A stretch of 64,000 bases of DNA. Origin: an uncultured Candidatus Saccharibacteria bacterium (GTDB taxonomy: Bacteria > Patescibacteriota > Doudnabacteria > UBA920). The notes beneath the pieces are model-generated. The model saw nothing but the letters and a program-made list of their open reading frames with translations, made no database searches and had not been told where the DNA came from. Position numbers and translations under genes: made by a program. The stretch covers positions 72,002-136,001 of the forward strand of contig CAYODY010000001.1 in assembly GCA_964402965.1 (NCBI GenBank), read 5' to 3'. This document shows, in pieces, positions 50,969 through 61,469 of this stretch (within the stretch, counting starts at the first letter, position 1; every line of letters starts with the position of its first letter).

Positions 50969-52054
50969 TTAGATTGCTTCGTATAGATTCTTACCAACTT
51001 TTTTAACTAATTTCTTGTTAGATAATCCTACCAAGATAGTATTGGTTTTTACCATGCGACGTTCCAAAACTTTCTCTATAATTTCTTCTCGAGTAAGAGG
51101 TTTGCCAGCATCTTTTAAGACGTTTACTATGATGTCAGACACAACTCCTGGTTTGTAACCCCATTCGGAAAGTGCATAAATTCCGCGTCCAACCAATACA
51201 AAACGTTTATCTTTAATAAGTTTATTATGAACTGTTTCTTTGTATGCTGTTCTCTTATCTAAACCGTTTTGGTTAATGAGTTCTGTGATTTTTGAGTAAT
51301 GTTCTGGTTTACCATGATGCTTCATCACCAAGTAAGCTTTATCTCCCACATCTTTAGGACGAATTTCATTCCAATGCTGTAATCCAAATTCGCCAAATGG
51401 ATTTTTGTGAATTCCAGTTGCAGTTTGCAAATAATTTAAAATAACGCGTTCAGGAAGTTTTTCTTGGTACTTCTTAAAGAACTCAGATTCCATGAATTTT
51501 TCAATAAATTCATCTGGTTGCAATGGTTTACCGTGATTTTCAAGTAAGGATTTAGTAGTTGTAATGAATTCTGTTAAAAATTCTTTATCAAAACCAAGAT
51601 GTGACCAAGATTGCTTCATGTGTTCATCTGCACCATGTTCTTCAAGTTCAGCCATTAAAGTAAGCAGGAATTTTAGTGCATTTACATCTTCATCTGAGTT
51701 TGCACCTAAGTGACCCATTAAAGTAGATTCGGCCATGATTCCGCCGTGCTCTGAGATAGTAGTAAGCAATAAATCACGCGCAGCCAAAAAAGAATCCAAT
51801 TGTTGGACACCACGTTTTAAGTTCTTCAAAAGATCTTTTTCAATCTGACGAACACGTTCTCGTGTTAAACCTTGCTCTTCACCAACTGTTTTTAGTGTTT
51901 GCATTTCTTCACCGGAAAGACCATAACGCTTAGAAAGAATCGTTTTTTCACGATCTTTTAGGGGGTCTAAAATCTTACCGATAATAAGGTTTAGCTCAAA
52001 TTGTTGCAAAGATTCCTTTTGATGGGAGTCGATGATTGTGTCTAAAATACCCAT
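50969..52054 (-). CDS. Sigma70 region-4 HTH plus winged-HTH (RNAP delta/HARE-like) protein
   Basis: RYGL..TLK.VG...GLTRERVRQIE; TVHNKLIKDKRFVLVGRGIYAL; start set at MGILD. Confidence 0.82.
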   Translation of the reverse strand: MGILDTIIDSHQKESLQQFELNLIIGKILDPLKDREKTILSKRYGLSGEEMQTLKTVGEEQGLTRERVRQIEKDLLKNLKRGVQQLDSFLAARDLLLTTISEHGGIMAESTLMGHLGANSDEDVNALKFLLTLMAELEEHGADEHMKQSWSHLGFDKEFLTEFITTTKSLLENHGKPLQPDEFIEKFMESEFFKKYQEKLPERVILNYLQTATGIHKNPFGEFGLQHWNEIRPKDVGDKAYLVMKHHGKPEHYSKITELINQNGLDKRTAYKETVHNKLIKDKRFVLVGRGIYALSEWGYKPGVVSDIIVNVLKDAGKPLTREEIIEKVLERRMVKTNTILVGLSNKKLVKKVGKNLYEAI

Positions 52055-52063
52055 AATAAACCG

Positions 52064-52092
52064 ATTATAACATAGATTTTGAACCATGTCAA
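52064..52092 (-). promoter_or_regulatory. Perfect consensus sigma70 promoter
   Basis: TTGACA, 17 nt spacer, TATAAT, ending 9 nt before ATG 52054. Confidence 0.8.
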
Positions 52093-52107
52093 ACTATGTG
52101 GGATAAT

Positions 52108-52148
52108 AAAAAAATGCTACCTCTGGGTAAGTTGAGGTGGCATTTTTT
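52108..52148 (-). terminator. Terminator after secF
   Basis: AAAAAATGCTACCTC...GAGGTGGCATTTTTT. Confidence 0.75.
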
Positions 52149-52171
52149 ATGCTTGAAAATTACTAAATTGA

Positions 52172-53065
52172 TTATTTGCGTTTACGATTTGACCAGTTTT
52201 GCCATAGAACCAAAATTGGAGATGCAACGAAGATTGAAGAGTAAGTTCCAGCTGCAATACCTATGAACAAAGCTAATACAAAGTATCGAATAGTTTCACC
52301 ACCGAACAGTAGCATTGCAAGAAGTACAAATAATACTGTTAAACTAGTATTTAATGAACGAACTAAAGTTTGTGAAATACTATGATTAACAATAAAATCT
52401 AAAGGTTGTCCAGCGTATACTTTCAAATTTTCTCTAATACGGTCAAATACAATAATTGTGTCGTGAACTGAGAAACCAAGAACTGTTAACATGGCTGTTA
52501 CGAATAAGCTATCAATTTCTATTCCGTAGAAATGACCAAGGAGTGAGAATATACCAATTACGATTAGTAAGTCGTGAATTAAAGCAATGATCGCAGCAAC
52601 TCCGAACTGTAACGGTGTAAGTGGTCTTGCTACTTTACGGAAAGCGTATGCAATGTACAAAATGATACCAATTGAAACTAAGATTAACTGGTAAATCGCC
52701 TTTTGCTTAAGCTCTTGTCCTATTACAGGGCCAATAGAGTCAAACTTTTTTTCAGTGAAATCCCCTACTTTAGCACGAATGTTAGTGGTAACTTTATCAT
52801 AATCCGCTTTGTTTAGGTTTTCTGTGCGGATAATTAGACCACGAGTTCCTGTGCTTTGTAGTTGAAAGTTTTTTATTCCTTCTTCAGAAATAACTGTCTT
52901 AACATCATTTTGATTGAAGTCTTGTTGGAATTCTATTTCAGTTACAATCCCGCCTTTGAAATCAATTCCAAATCTTAGACCAAAGATAGCTAAAGAAAGA
53001 ACTCCGAAAATAAGAATGATTCCTGAAAGCGCAAAGAGATATTTGTAGTAATTAAGTATTTTCAT
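52172..53065 (-). CDS. secF: Protein translocase subunit SecF
   Basis: GIDFKGG, IGPVIG, GFSVHDTIIVFDRIRE, RSLNTS, GTYSSIF. Confidence 0.97.
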   Translation of the reverse strand: MKILNYYKYLFALSGIILIFGVLSLAIFGLRFGIDFKGGIVTEIEFQQDFNQNDVKTVISEEGIKNFQLQSTGTRGLIIRTENLNKADYDKVTTNIRAKVGDFTEKKFDSIGPVIGQELKQKAIYQLILVSIGIILYIAYAFRKVARPLTPLQFGVAAIIALIHDLLIVIGIFSLLGHFYGIEIDSLFVTAMLTVLGFSVHDTIIVFDRIRENLKVYAGQPLDFIVNHSISQTLVRSLNTSLTVLFVLLAMLLFGGETIRYFVLALFIGIAAGTYSSIFVASPILVLWQNWSNRKRK

Positions 53066-53066
53066 T

Positions 53067-54557
53067 TTATTTCTCTATTTCCTTTCTCATGCTAACCCCG
53101 AATAACCAAGGGTGAGACAAAACTTTAGCAGTGACAAATAATTTTAATAATGTGCGAGTAATAGTAATGGCGGTGAACATGGAAATGATAATACCAATCG
53201 CCAAAGTAACTGCGAATCCTTTAATAGATGGAGTACCGAACATGTAAAGAATCAGAGTTGTAATTAAGCTTGAGACGTTTGAGTCACGAATTGAAAGCCA
53301 AGCTCGAGCAAATCCATCATCAATAGCTTTATTAATGTCTTTTCCAGCGTGCATTTCTTCTTTTAGACGTTCGAAGATAAGGATATTAGCGTCTACAGCC
53401 ATACCAATAGATAGAATGAATCCAGCAATACCAGCAAGTGTAATTGTTACAGGAGAAACACCATTGAATAACATTAATAGGAAATAACTGAGTAGTGCAA
53501 GTAATCCAAACCATCGGCTGACTGTGAGTCCCAGTAAGAAAAATACACCAACTAGTATTACGGCTGTGATTGAAATTCCAACCTTAAATATAGCGACGGA
53601 CATAAGTACGTAAATGATCAAGGCAAATATTGCTAACAATCCTGGAAAACGGTAGTTTGCAATCATAAATATTGCAATTAACAATAATCCAATTAAACCA
53701 GCAATGATAGATTTATCGATAGATTCTTTACCTAAAGATGCCCCAACATTTTGTTGAGATACAAGTTCAATAGGTACTGGAAGTGCTCCTGAATTCAATC
53801 TTGTAGCTAATTCTTTAGCAGTGTCTGATGTAAAGTTACCTGTAATAACCGCTTCTCCATTTGTAATTGCACTTTGAACAGTTGGAGCACTAATTATTTT
53901 GTTGTCCAAAAAGATAGCTACCTGTTTGCCAATGTTTGCAGAGGTGATATCTCCAAAGAGTTTTGTACCTTCTTCATCAAAGAATAGACGAATTACAAAC
54001 TGTCCGCTTAGAGAACTTGTTGTTTGTTGCACGTCTGCGCTAGCTTTCTTAAGTTGTTTACCTGTTAAACCAGTTTGTTCCCAAACTCCATTTGGATCTA
54101 CTACAACTTTTCCATCTGGTCCAATCGTAGCGTTTTGTGCTTTAGAAGGATCGCCTTGAGTTTTGAATTCAAGTAACGGAGTTTGTCCAATTAGTTCAAT
54201 TGCTTTATTTACATCTGAAATTCCTGGAAGTTCAACCACGATTTGGTCATTTCCTTGAATTTGTACTAATGGTTCAGATACACCAAAACTGTTTACGCGG
54301 CGTTCAATTGTGTCGCGGACTGAGTTTAGTGCATCTTTTTGGTCACCTTGTGCAACATCTTTAAAGTTTGCTTTGTACACTAAGTGTGAACCACCTTGCA
54401 AATCTAACCCCAAATGAGTTGAAAACTCTTTTTTGTAGTTGATTTTTAACTTGTTTAGATCTATTCGGCTTCCATTTGGCCAAACAATCCATGCTGCGGC
54501 TAGGGCAATAAGTCCAATTCCTGCAAGCATTAGTACTTTCGTCAATATTGGTTTCAT
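53067..54557 (-). CDS. secD: Protein translocase subunit SecD
   Basis: LGLDLQGG, RRVNSFGVSEP, SGALP, GMAVDANILIFER. Confidence 0.97.
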   Translation of the reverse strand: MKPILTKVLMLAGIGLIALAAAWIVWPNGSRIDLNKLKINYKKEFSTHLGLDLQGGSHLVYKANFKDVAQGDQKDALNSVRDTIERRVNSFGVSEPLVQIQGNDQIVVELPGISDVNKAIELIGQTPLLEFKTQGDPSKAQNATIGPDGKVVVDPNGVWEQTGLTGKQLKKASADVQQTTSSLSGQFVIRLFFDEEGTKLFGDITSANIGKQVAIFLDNKIISAPTVQSAITNGEAVITGNFTSDTAKELATRLNSGALPVPIELVSQQNVGASLGKESIDKSIIAGLIGLLLIAIFMIANYRFPGLLAIFALIIYVLMSVAIFKVGISITAVILVGVFFLLGLTVSRWFGLLALLSYFLLMLFNGVSPVTITLAGIAGFILSIGMAVDANILIFERLKEEMHAGKDINKAIDDGFARAWLSIRDSNVSSLITTLILYMFGTPSIKGFAVTLAIGIIISMFTAITITRTLLKLFVTAKVLSHPWLFGVSMRKEIEK

Positions 54558-54595
54558 GCGGTAAATTATTTAATTTCTACAGTATTATAGCTAGG

Positions 54596-57202
54596 TTATG
54601 CCGATTTTGCAATTGATTTCAGGAAATTCTTAACATCCTTTTTATCAGTTTCTTTCCATTTAGATTTTATGGCTATTTGTTCAAGCACCTGCTTAATTGC
54701 CCTATTTGCCACAGGAACAGGATTCTTTTTAAAGAACGCTTCAATTTCTTTTCTGGTTTTTATATCGGAAAAACTAGAGAGTGCCTCAACCACCCAAACT
54801 ATTAATCGTTCCTCTCTGTAAATTTCATGGATAGTTTTCCAATTTCTCCTTAGCCATTTCCATGCAACTTCCTTGTTTTGCGAATTGCTTAGAGCTGAGA
54901 ACATTAAAATTGGAGCATCTTGTTTACGAACATTTTTAGACAGAATAAAATCCAAATTTTTTAAGAATATTTCTTCCTTTTCGAAAGTTACCATAGCTCT
55001 TCCTATTCTACGTTGTTCTTCTTGCATATGTGAAGATGTGTACATTTGCCTTAACTCTTTAGATATACTCTGGTGACCATTTTTTGCAGTTAGTAAATAT
55101 ACTGTGTTTTTTAAGTCGGGGTGAATTGTTTTTTTGTTCCTGGATTTAAATAGCTGTAGGGATTTTTTAATAGTATTTTTATTTCCATATGAACCGTAAT
55201 GAAACAGAATGATTGAACGCAATTGTGTTTCCATTTGTGTTTCTTTCGGTTTTACTTCCCAGCCTACTCTATTTGCCATCGGTTTTAGAAATGCCAAATA
55301 GTAATTCGACAACTGCTCTTTCAGTTTTGAATCGGTTGCATAGAGATTATAGATTTCAGACATGCCAGACAATATTTCAGTCCAAATAATATAGCTATCT
55401 TCATCTTGGTACGCTTTGATAAATTCTAAATATGCGGATGTAGCAACTTTCCCTGATTTTACCATAGCCATTAGGTCACGGATTACACCGAAACGATCGA
55501 CAGTGCTTAATTCTTGAGTTCTAATTGGCTCGTACAATTTAGCTAATAGACTTGGGCTATACAGAGTCCGGTAAAATCCAGTTTCACTCACATTGGCTTT
55601 AAAGTATGGTAAGTCATTTGGAATTGTTACGACTGATTTTTCTTTGGTTAGTAAGTTATTAGTTAACGATTCATTTTGAAATGGTATTTGCCAAGTAGTA
55701 TTATCTTTGGTTTTTTCTAATGTGAATCTTTCTTGTATTACATCAATTTTTGAATTCGAGGTTTTAGAAGTATTTTCAACAATAGCCAAAAATGGATACC
55801 CTTCTTTTTCAGTCCAATTCTTCATAAACTTTCTAATTGGTTTCCCTGAGATTTTTTCAAAAGATTCCCAAAGATGTATTGACGACGTATTTTTGTAAGA
55901 TTGGCTCTTTAAGTAATGGCGTAATCCATCTCTAAAATTCTCTGGACCTATGTAGTTTTGCAACATTCTTAAAACGCTTGCACCTTTGTCGTAGCTAATA
56001 GCATCAAAAATTTCATCAATCTCACTAGGATGATGAACTTCAACTTCAATAGGATGTGTACTCCTAAGGCTATCTAACTCTAAAGCTGTATTATGGTCGT
56101 GAAGTACAAACCTTGTCCAAATTTTCCACTCTGGAAAAATGCTATCTAAAACAATATACGACATGAAAGAAGCAAAACTTTCATTCAACCAAAGATGTGT
56201 CCACCACTCCATAGTAACTAAGTTGCCAAACCATTGATGCACTAGTTCATGGGCAATTGTTTCTGCTACTTGTTGTTTATTGGAAAACGGAGTGTGCATT
56301 TCTTCAACTAATAACGCAGACTCGCGAAATGTTACAGCTCCCCAATTTTCCATTGCACCAGCAGCGAAGTCTGGGATTGCTATTAAATCTAATACAGGTA
56401 ATGGGTATGGGATAGCGAAATATTCTTCAAGAAAATCCAAACTTTTCTTAGCTACTTCTAACGCAAATTTTGTTTGTTTAGACTTACCTGGAGTTGTAAA
56501 AACTCTAATAGTCACACCGTTTTTAGTCTTTGATTCTACACTTTCAAATTCTCCAACCATGTATGCAAGTAAGTAGGTAGACATTTTTGGAGTTGGAGCG
56601 AATTTCACAACTTTGTAGTTACTGTTGTGATCTACTCCTTCTGGCGTTGGGCTAATTGTTTGGACAGAAGACTCAACTGTATTAGAAATAGCAGTTAGAT
56701 GATTTGGAACCTCTAAAGTCAGCTCGAAAACAGCTTTATGCGAAGGTTCATCAAAACAAGGAAAAGCTTTGCGTGCATCTGTAGGTTCAAATTGGGTTGT
56801 AATTATATGTTGAACTTTACCTTTGTGAGAATACTTACTTCTATAAAAACCAGATAAGTCTTCTGTAATTATGCCTCGGAAATTTAAGTGTAATTCACCA
56901 GCACCTTTTGGAATTTCTTTTTGAAACTTTAACGTCACAGTTTCTGATTTAGTGTCATAGGAAATTTTTGCAATTTCTATTTTAGTAGCTTTTTTATTTT
57001 TACTAAATTGCCAAAATCCATCTAAAATTTCTATGGTTTTACAATGCAGAGAAATCTGTTTAACACTCTTACCTATTTCCACATGCACAATTTCAGAACC
57101 AGAAAAAGTAAACGACTCCATGTCCGGACGAATAGAAAGTTGATAGAAACTTGGTTTAATGAAATTTGGTAATCTTACTTTGTTTATGTTCTTTGCCTGC
57201 AT
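54596..57202 (-). CDS. M1 family aminopeptidase (ERAP1-like C-terminal domain)
   Basis: TQFEPTDAR, GAMENWG, HELVH...LWLNE, YDKG. Confidence 0.95.
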   Translation of the reverse strand: MQAKNINKVRLPNFIKPSFYQLSIRPDMESFTFSGSEIVHVEIGKSVKQISLHCKTIEILDGFWQFSKNKKATKIEIAKISYDTKSETVTLKFQKEIPKGAGELHLNFRGIITEDLSGFYRSKYSHKGKVQHIITTQFEPTDARKAFPCFDEPSHKAVFELTLEVPNHLTAISNTVESSVQTISPTPEGVDHNSNYKVVKFAPTPKMSTYLLAYMVGEFESVESKTKNGVTIRVFTTPGKSKQTKFALEVAKKSLDFLEEYFAIPYPLPVLDLIAIPDFAAGAMENWGAVTFRESALLVEEMHTPFSNKQQVAETIAHELVHQWFGNLVTMEWWTHLWLNESFASFMSYIVLDSIFPEWKIWTRFVLHDHNTALELDSLRSTHPIEVEVHHPSEIDEIFDAISYDKGASVLRMLQNYIGPENFRDGLRHYLKSQSYKNTSSIHLWESFEKISGKPIRKFMKNWTEKEGYPFLAIVENTSKTSNSKIDVIQERFTLEKTKDNTTWQIPFQNESLTNNLLTKEKSVVTIPNDLPYFKANVSETGFYRTLYSPSLLAKLYEPIRTQELSTVDRFGVIRDLMAMVKSGKVATSAYLEFIKAYQDEDSYIIWTEILSGMSEIYNLYATDSKLKEQLSNYYLAFLKPMANRVGWEVKPKETQMETQLRSIILFHYGSYGNKNTIKKSLQLFKSRNKKTIHPDLKNTVYLLTAKNGHQSISKELRQMYTSSHMQEEQRRIGRAMVTFEKEEIFLKNLDFILSKNVRKQDAPILMFSALSNSQNKEVAWKWLRRNWKTIHEIYREERLIVWVVEALSSFSDIKTRKEIEAFFKKNPVPVANRAIKQVLEQIAIKSKWKETDKKDVKNFLKSIAKSA

Positions 57203-57774
57203 TATTGTTTTAAAATTAATTTTTGAAGTTTTTTAAAATCTTTGAAAATAGTTTCGCGAAGTTTCGGAGAATACAACGGCGCTGCTGGATGATAACTTAG
57301 AAAGTATGTTCGCCCTGTTTCAGTTAAAGTAGTGCCATGTTTTTCACTAATAGAAACTTTTTGTTGGAATAACGAAATGGCAGAAGTATTGCCCAAGACA
57401 ACAACTATCTTTGGTTTTATTACTTCAAGTTGTTTTTCTAAATGTATTTTGCCGTGGGAAATATCTTTCTCTTTAGGTGTCGTATAATTTTTTGGTAAAT
57501 ATTTTACGGCACTGGTGATAAAAACATCTTCTGGTTTTAAGCCAATACTAGCAATGAGTTCACGAAGGAGTTTTCCTGCTCTACCAACAAATGGACGACC
57601 AGTTTTGATTTCTTCTTTACCTGGGGCTTCACCGATGAACACAATCTTTGAGTTTGCACTCCCCTCCCCAGGAACGAGTAAGCCTTGCTTTTCTTTAAGA
57701 CAAATTTTGCAAGTCAAAATTTCTGCTTTAACAGAATTTAATTGTACAGTTTTCTTGCTCATTTTGTTAATCAA
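57202..57774 (-). CDS. Family-4-like uracil-DNA glycosylase
   Basis: CKIC, FIGEAPG, GRPFVGRAG, YHPAA. Confidence 0.88.
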   Translation of the reverse strand: MINKMSKKTVQLNSVKAEILTCKICLKEKQGLLVPGEGSANSKIVFIGEAPGKEEIKTGRPFVGRAGKLLRELIASIGLKPEDVFITSAVKYLPKNYTTPKEKDISHGKIHLEKQLEVIKPKIVVVLGNTSAISLFQQKVSISEKHGTTLTETGRTYFLSYHPAAPLYSPKLRETIFKDFKKLQKLILKQ

Positions 57775-57802
57775 TTCAAACTTACTTGCCTAGCTAAAAA
57801 AT

Positions 57803-58345
57803 TTAGCTAACAAGTTTTGCTACTCCATTTGCTAATTGTTTTTCTGCAATATTTGCAAGTGAACGGTTGGAAAATTTTATCTCTTGACCCCATTCGTTTA
57901 TTTCTATAACAATAGCGGAATGATTTTCATTTTTTTGCTCTTTAAATAGAACGTCCTTACTTTGTAAGCCCTGTTTAATGTTTTCTAAATCTTCAACTAA
58001 AATTTCAATATGATCTATTAGGTCGTGAGTTGTAGCAATCGCGTCAGGTTTCGGCTCCATTATTTCTAGGGTTGAAACTGCTCCAAAGTTACCTGCGTCT
58101 AAACGTTCATTTAATTCTGCAATAGCAATGAAGCGAGGACCAACTTGTTCTTCAGAAAGTCTTTTGCAAAGAGGTTTATAGAGGTCTAAATATTGCTTGT
58201 AAACCTCTGTGTTTAAAGCTTTTACTGCAACATGATCAATTGGGACGTCGACTACTAAATTAGCTAAACCATATGAATAAAAAAACAGCTTAGCTTCTTC
58301 AGCATAATCTAAAAGTAATTTTTGTAGTCTATCTGGGTCTATCAT
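57803..58345 (-). CDS. YecM/VOC-like protein
   Basis: IDHVAVK, LEIMEPK, DHIE, IKFSNRSL. Confidence 0.7.
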   Translation of the reverse strand: MIDPDRLQKLLLDYAEEAKLFFYSYGLANLVVDVPIDHVAVKALNTEVYKQYLDLYKPLCKRLSEEQVGPRFIAIAELNERLDAGNFGAVSTLEIMEPKPDAIATTHDLIDHIEILVEDLENIKQGLQSKDVLFKEQKNENHSAIVIEINEWGQEIKFSNRSLANIAEKQLANGVAKLVS

Positions 58346-58351
58346 TTTTTA

Positions 58352-58561
58352 TTATTCTTCGCGGATAAGTTCAAATCGAGAAGTTGTTTTGCCGTCCACC
58401 TCGACATTTTCGGTAAACATTTTCATGGGTCTCACCCACAAATCCATTTCTCCGTACATGGCCTGGTACACCACGAGTTCTTCGAGTGTTTCGGAATGTT
58501 TTGCCACCCCCAAAACTTTGTATTCATTTCCTTTGTAGTGTTTATAGATTCCAAGCTTCAT
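58352..58561 (-). CDS. DUF1653 family protein
   Basis: GIYKHYKG, AKHSET.E.LVVYQAMYG, LWVRP. Confidence 0.92.
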   Translation of the reverse strand: MKLGIYKHYKGNEYKVLGVAKHSETLEELVVYQAMYGEMDLWVRPMKMFTENVEVDGKTTSRFELIREE

Positions 58562-58566
58562 CTTGT

Positions 58567-61407
58567 TTATGCCCTAAATTCTAATTCTTTGCCAGTCAAA
58601 TATTTTTGATGGTCTGGTGAATTAATTAGCCCACATTTTTTGTATTTCTTTCCGCTTCCGCAATAACAAAGATCATTGCGACCAATTCCTACTGCACGAG
58701 GATCTGCTTCAACTGCTTTGGCTTGAATAGCTTGAGGTTCAGCTGACCCAGCATTGCTTCCTGAGAGAATTATATTTCCTTGCTCAACATGTTGTTGTCC
58801 ATCTTCATGAATATGCACACCAACTTTCAAAACTGAGTACACAACTTGTTTGTCTATATCATCAAGTAAGTTTTGGAAAAGATTAAATCCTTCTTTTTTG
58901 TATTCAACCAAAGGATCACGTTGACCGTAACCACGTAAACGAACTGAATCTCGCAAATGGTCCATTGTGTCTAAGTGTTCCATCCAAAGTGTATCTATGG
59001 ATTGCAAGATTATGAAACGCATAATTTGCTCATAGTTCTCTGCGCCAATTTCTTGTTCTTTGGATTCCATAACTTTCACAGCGCCAACATAAAGTTCATC
59101 TATTAAAACAAATTCTCGATCGCTGGAATTTGCCATAGCTTCTTCTATTGTAGCTTGTTGAGAATTCGCAATAGGATAGATAGTATTTACAGTTTTAAAA
59201 ATTTCTTCTAGTGCGCTTTTTTCTTCAGTATGCGCACTGAATGCAGATTGAACTATGTATTCAATTTCCTCTTTAAGTAGTTCTAAAACTTCATCGCGGA
59301 TGTTTACAAATTCACTTTCTTGAGATTCATCTGTTTCTAAAGTTTCTTCTGTAAGTACAGGATTTGTTTGTCCTGCTAAGTAATTGCGACGACGTTTGTA
59401 AATTACTTTACGTTGATGATTTAGAACGTCATCATATTCTAAAACGTTTTTACGAGTATCAAAGTTTAATCCTTCAATTTTCTTTTGCGCAGATTCAATA
59501 GAACGAGAAACTAAACGTGCTTCTACTGGCTGGTCATCTGGGATACGCAAAGTTTCCATCATGCTTTGCATTCTTTCACCACCAAAAAGACGCATTAGGT
59601 CATCTCCCATAGATACATAGAATTGACTAGACCCTGGGTCACCCTGACGTCCACTACGTCCACGAAGCTGGTTGTCTATACGTCGAGATTCGTGTCTTTC
59701 TGTACCGATTACTGCAAGACCTCCTGCTTCTCTAACTTTTTCTGCTTCTTCTTTATTGATTGGATTTCCACCCAAAAAGATGTCCACACCACGTCCTGCG
59801 ATGTTTGTAGCCAGAGTTATAGCACCAAAAGACCCAGCTTGAGCAATAATTTGTGCTTCACGTTCATGATTTTTAGCGTTCAACAGTTCAAAACGCAAAC
59901 CTTCTTTTTTAAGGTATTCTGCTAATAATTCATTTTTTGCAATGCTGACCGTTCCAATTAAAACAGGTTGCCCGCGCTTATTTCGTTCTTTTACATCCTT
60001 GGCTATTGCAGCAAATTTACCTTCTTCATTTTTGTATACCAAATCTGGTTCATCAATTCTAATCATTGGTTGGTTCGTCGGAATTTGGATAACTTCTAGT
60101 TGATAAATTTTAAAGAACTCTTCTTCTTCTGTTTTTCCTGTACCAGTCATACCAGAAAGTCTATCGTACAAACGGAATAAGTTTTGGAAAGTAATAGTTG
60201 CTAAAGTTTTACTCTCTTGTTGGATTTTAACGTTTTCTTTAGCTTCTATTGCTTGGTGCAATCCTTCGCTGTAACGACGTCCAAACATTAAACGACCAGT
60301 GAATTCATCTACAATGATAATTTCATTGTCTCGAATTACATAGTCACGATCTTTTAAGAACAAAGTTTTAGCTCGCAAAGCTTGTTCAATATGATGCAAA
60401 GTAGTAACACCTTTACTTGTATCGTAGATGTTATCTAGTTTTAAGATTTGTTCAATTTTATTTATTCCATCGTCAGTTAAGGTTGCAGCTTTGTGTTTTT
60501 CATCTACATTATAGTCAACATCTTCTTGAAGTTGATTTACAATTTGTGAAAATTGTATGTATTTGTCTGTTGGGTCAGTATCTGGTTGAGAGATAATTAA
60601 CGGAGTACGAGCTTCATCAATTAATATACTGTCGACTTCGTCTACAATTGTGAAAAACAAATCGCGTTGGCGAAGTTCAGAAGTGCGTTGCACCATGTTA
60701 TCACGCAAATAGTCAAAACCGTATTCGTTGTTAGTTCCGTAAGTTATGTCTGCTCTGTACGCTTCTTGGCGAGAGATTGGTCGCATATGCTTTACGTCCA
60801 AAACAAGACCTTGAATCTGTCCTTCTATCTGTTCAATTTCTTCTTGGACAGGTTGAAAAGTTGGATCGTAAATGAAAGATGCTTCATGTTGAATACTCGC
60901 AGTTGTTAATCCAAGTTGGTCGTATACTTTTCCCATTAAACTTGCTTGCCAACGAGCTAAGTAGTCGTTCACAGTTACCAAATGTGTGCCTCGTCCTGCT
61001 AGTGCAAATAAAACGATTGGTAAAGTAGCGGTTAAGGTTTTACCTTCACCAGTTTTCATTTCTGCGATGTTTCCATCTGCCAAAACTAATCCGCCTGCAA
61101 GCTGAACATCATAATGGAATTGTCCGATAGCACGTTTTCCCGCTTCTCTTGTTAAAGCAAAAACTCGAGGACGAATTTCTGCTAATTTTTTGAACATAGC
61201 TTCTTTTGCAGATTTCTTTTGAGATCCTGCTGAAGAATCCATTTTCTCAGAAAATGGCTTTAATTCTTTCTTAAATTTTGCTATTTCATCTTTAATTTGA
61301 TCATCAGTAAGGCTCGCGATTTCATCTTTATAGCTGTTTATGGTCGCAATTTCTCCTGAATAGATTTTTAAAGGGTCACTGGAAAATAGTTTTGAAAATA
61401 TAGACAT
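58567..61407 (-). CDS. secA: Preprotein translocase subunit SecA
   Basis: EMKTGEGKT, VDEVDSILIDEARTP, RSGRQGDPG, C-terminal SEC-C motif GRNDLCYCGSGKKYKKC. Confidence 0.98.
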   Translation of the reverse strand: MSIFSKLFSSDPLKIYSGEIATINSYKDEIASLTDDQIKDEIAKFKKELKPFSEKMDSSAGSQKKSAKEAMFKKLAEIRPRVFALTREAGKRAIGQFHYDVQLAGGLVLADGNIAEMKTGEGKTLTATLPIVLFALAGRGTHLVTVNDYLARWQASLMGKVYDQLGLTTASIQHEASFIYDPTFQPVQEEIEQIEGQIQGLVLDVKHMRPISRQEAYRADITYGTNNEYGFDYLRDNMVQRTSELRQRDLFFTIVDEVDSILIDEARTPLIISQPDTDPTDKYIQFSQIVNQLQEDVDYNVDEKHKAATLTDDGINKIEQILKLDNIYDTSKGVTTLHHIEQALRAKTLFLKDRDYVIRDNEIIIVDEFTGRLMFGRRYSEGLHQAIEAKENVKIQQESKTLATITFQNLFRLYDRLSGMTGTGKTEEEEFFKIYQLEVIQIPTNQPMIRIDEPDLVYKNEEGKFAAIAKDVKERNKRGQPVLIGTVSIAKNELLAEYLKKEGLRFELLNAKNHEREAQIIAQAGSFGAITLATNIAGRGVDIFLGGNPINKEEAEKVREAGGLAVIGTERHESRRIDNQLRGRSGRQGDPGSSQFYVSMGDDLMRLFGGERMQSMMETLRIPDDQPVEARLVSRSIESAQKKIEGLNFDTRKNVLEYDDVLNHQRKVIYKRRRNYLAGQTNPVLTEETLETDESQESEFVNIRDEVLELLKEEIEYIVQSAFSAHTEEKSALEEIFKTVNTIYPIANSQQATIEEAMANSSDREFVLIDELYVGAVKVMESKEQEIGAENYEQIMRFIILQSIDTLWMEHLDTMDHLRDSVRLRGYGQRDPLVEYKKEGFNLFQNLLDDIDKQVVYSVLKVGVHIHEDGQQHVEQGNIILSGSNAGSAEPQAIQAKAVEADPRAVGIGRNDLCYCGSGKKYKKCGLINSPDHQKYLTGKELEFRA

Positions 61408-61469
61408 GAAAATATGAGTAAATTAGTAAAAAATGCCGTAAAATGGCGGTATTTCAAGGTATTATACCA

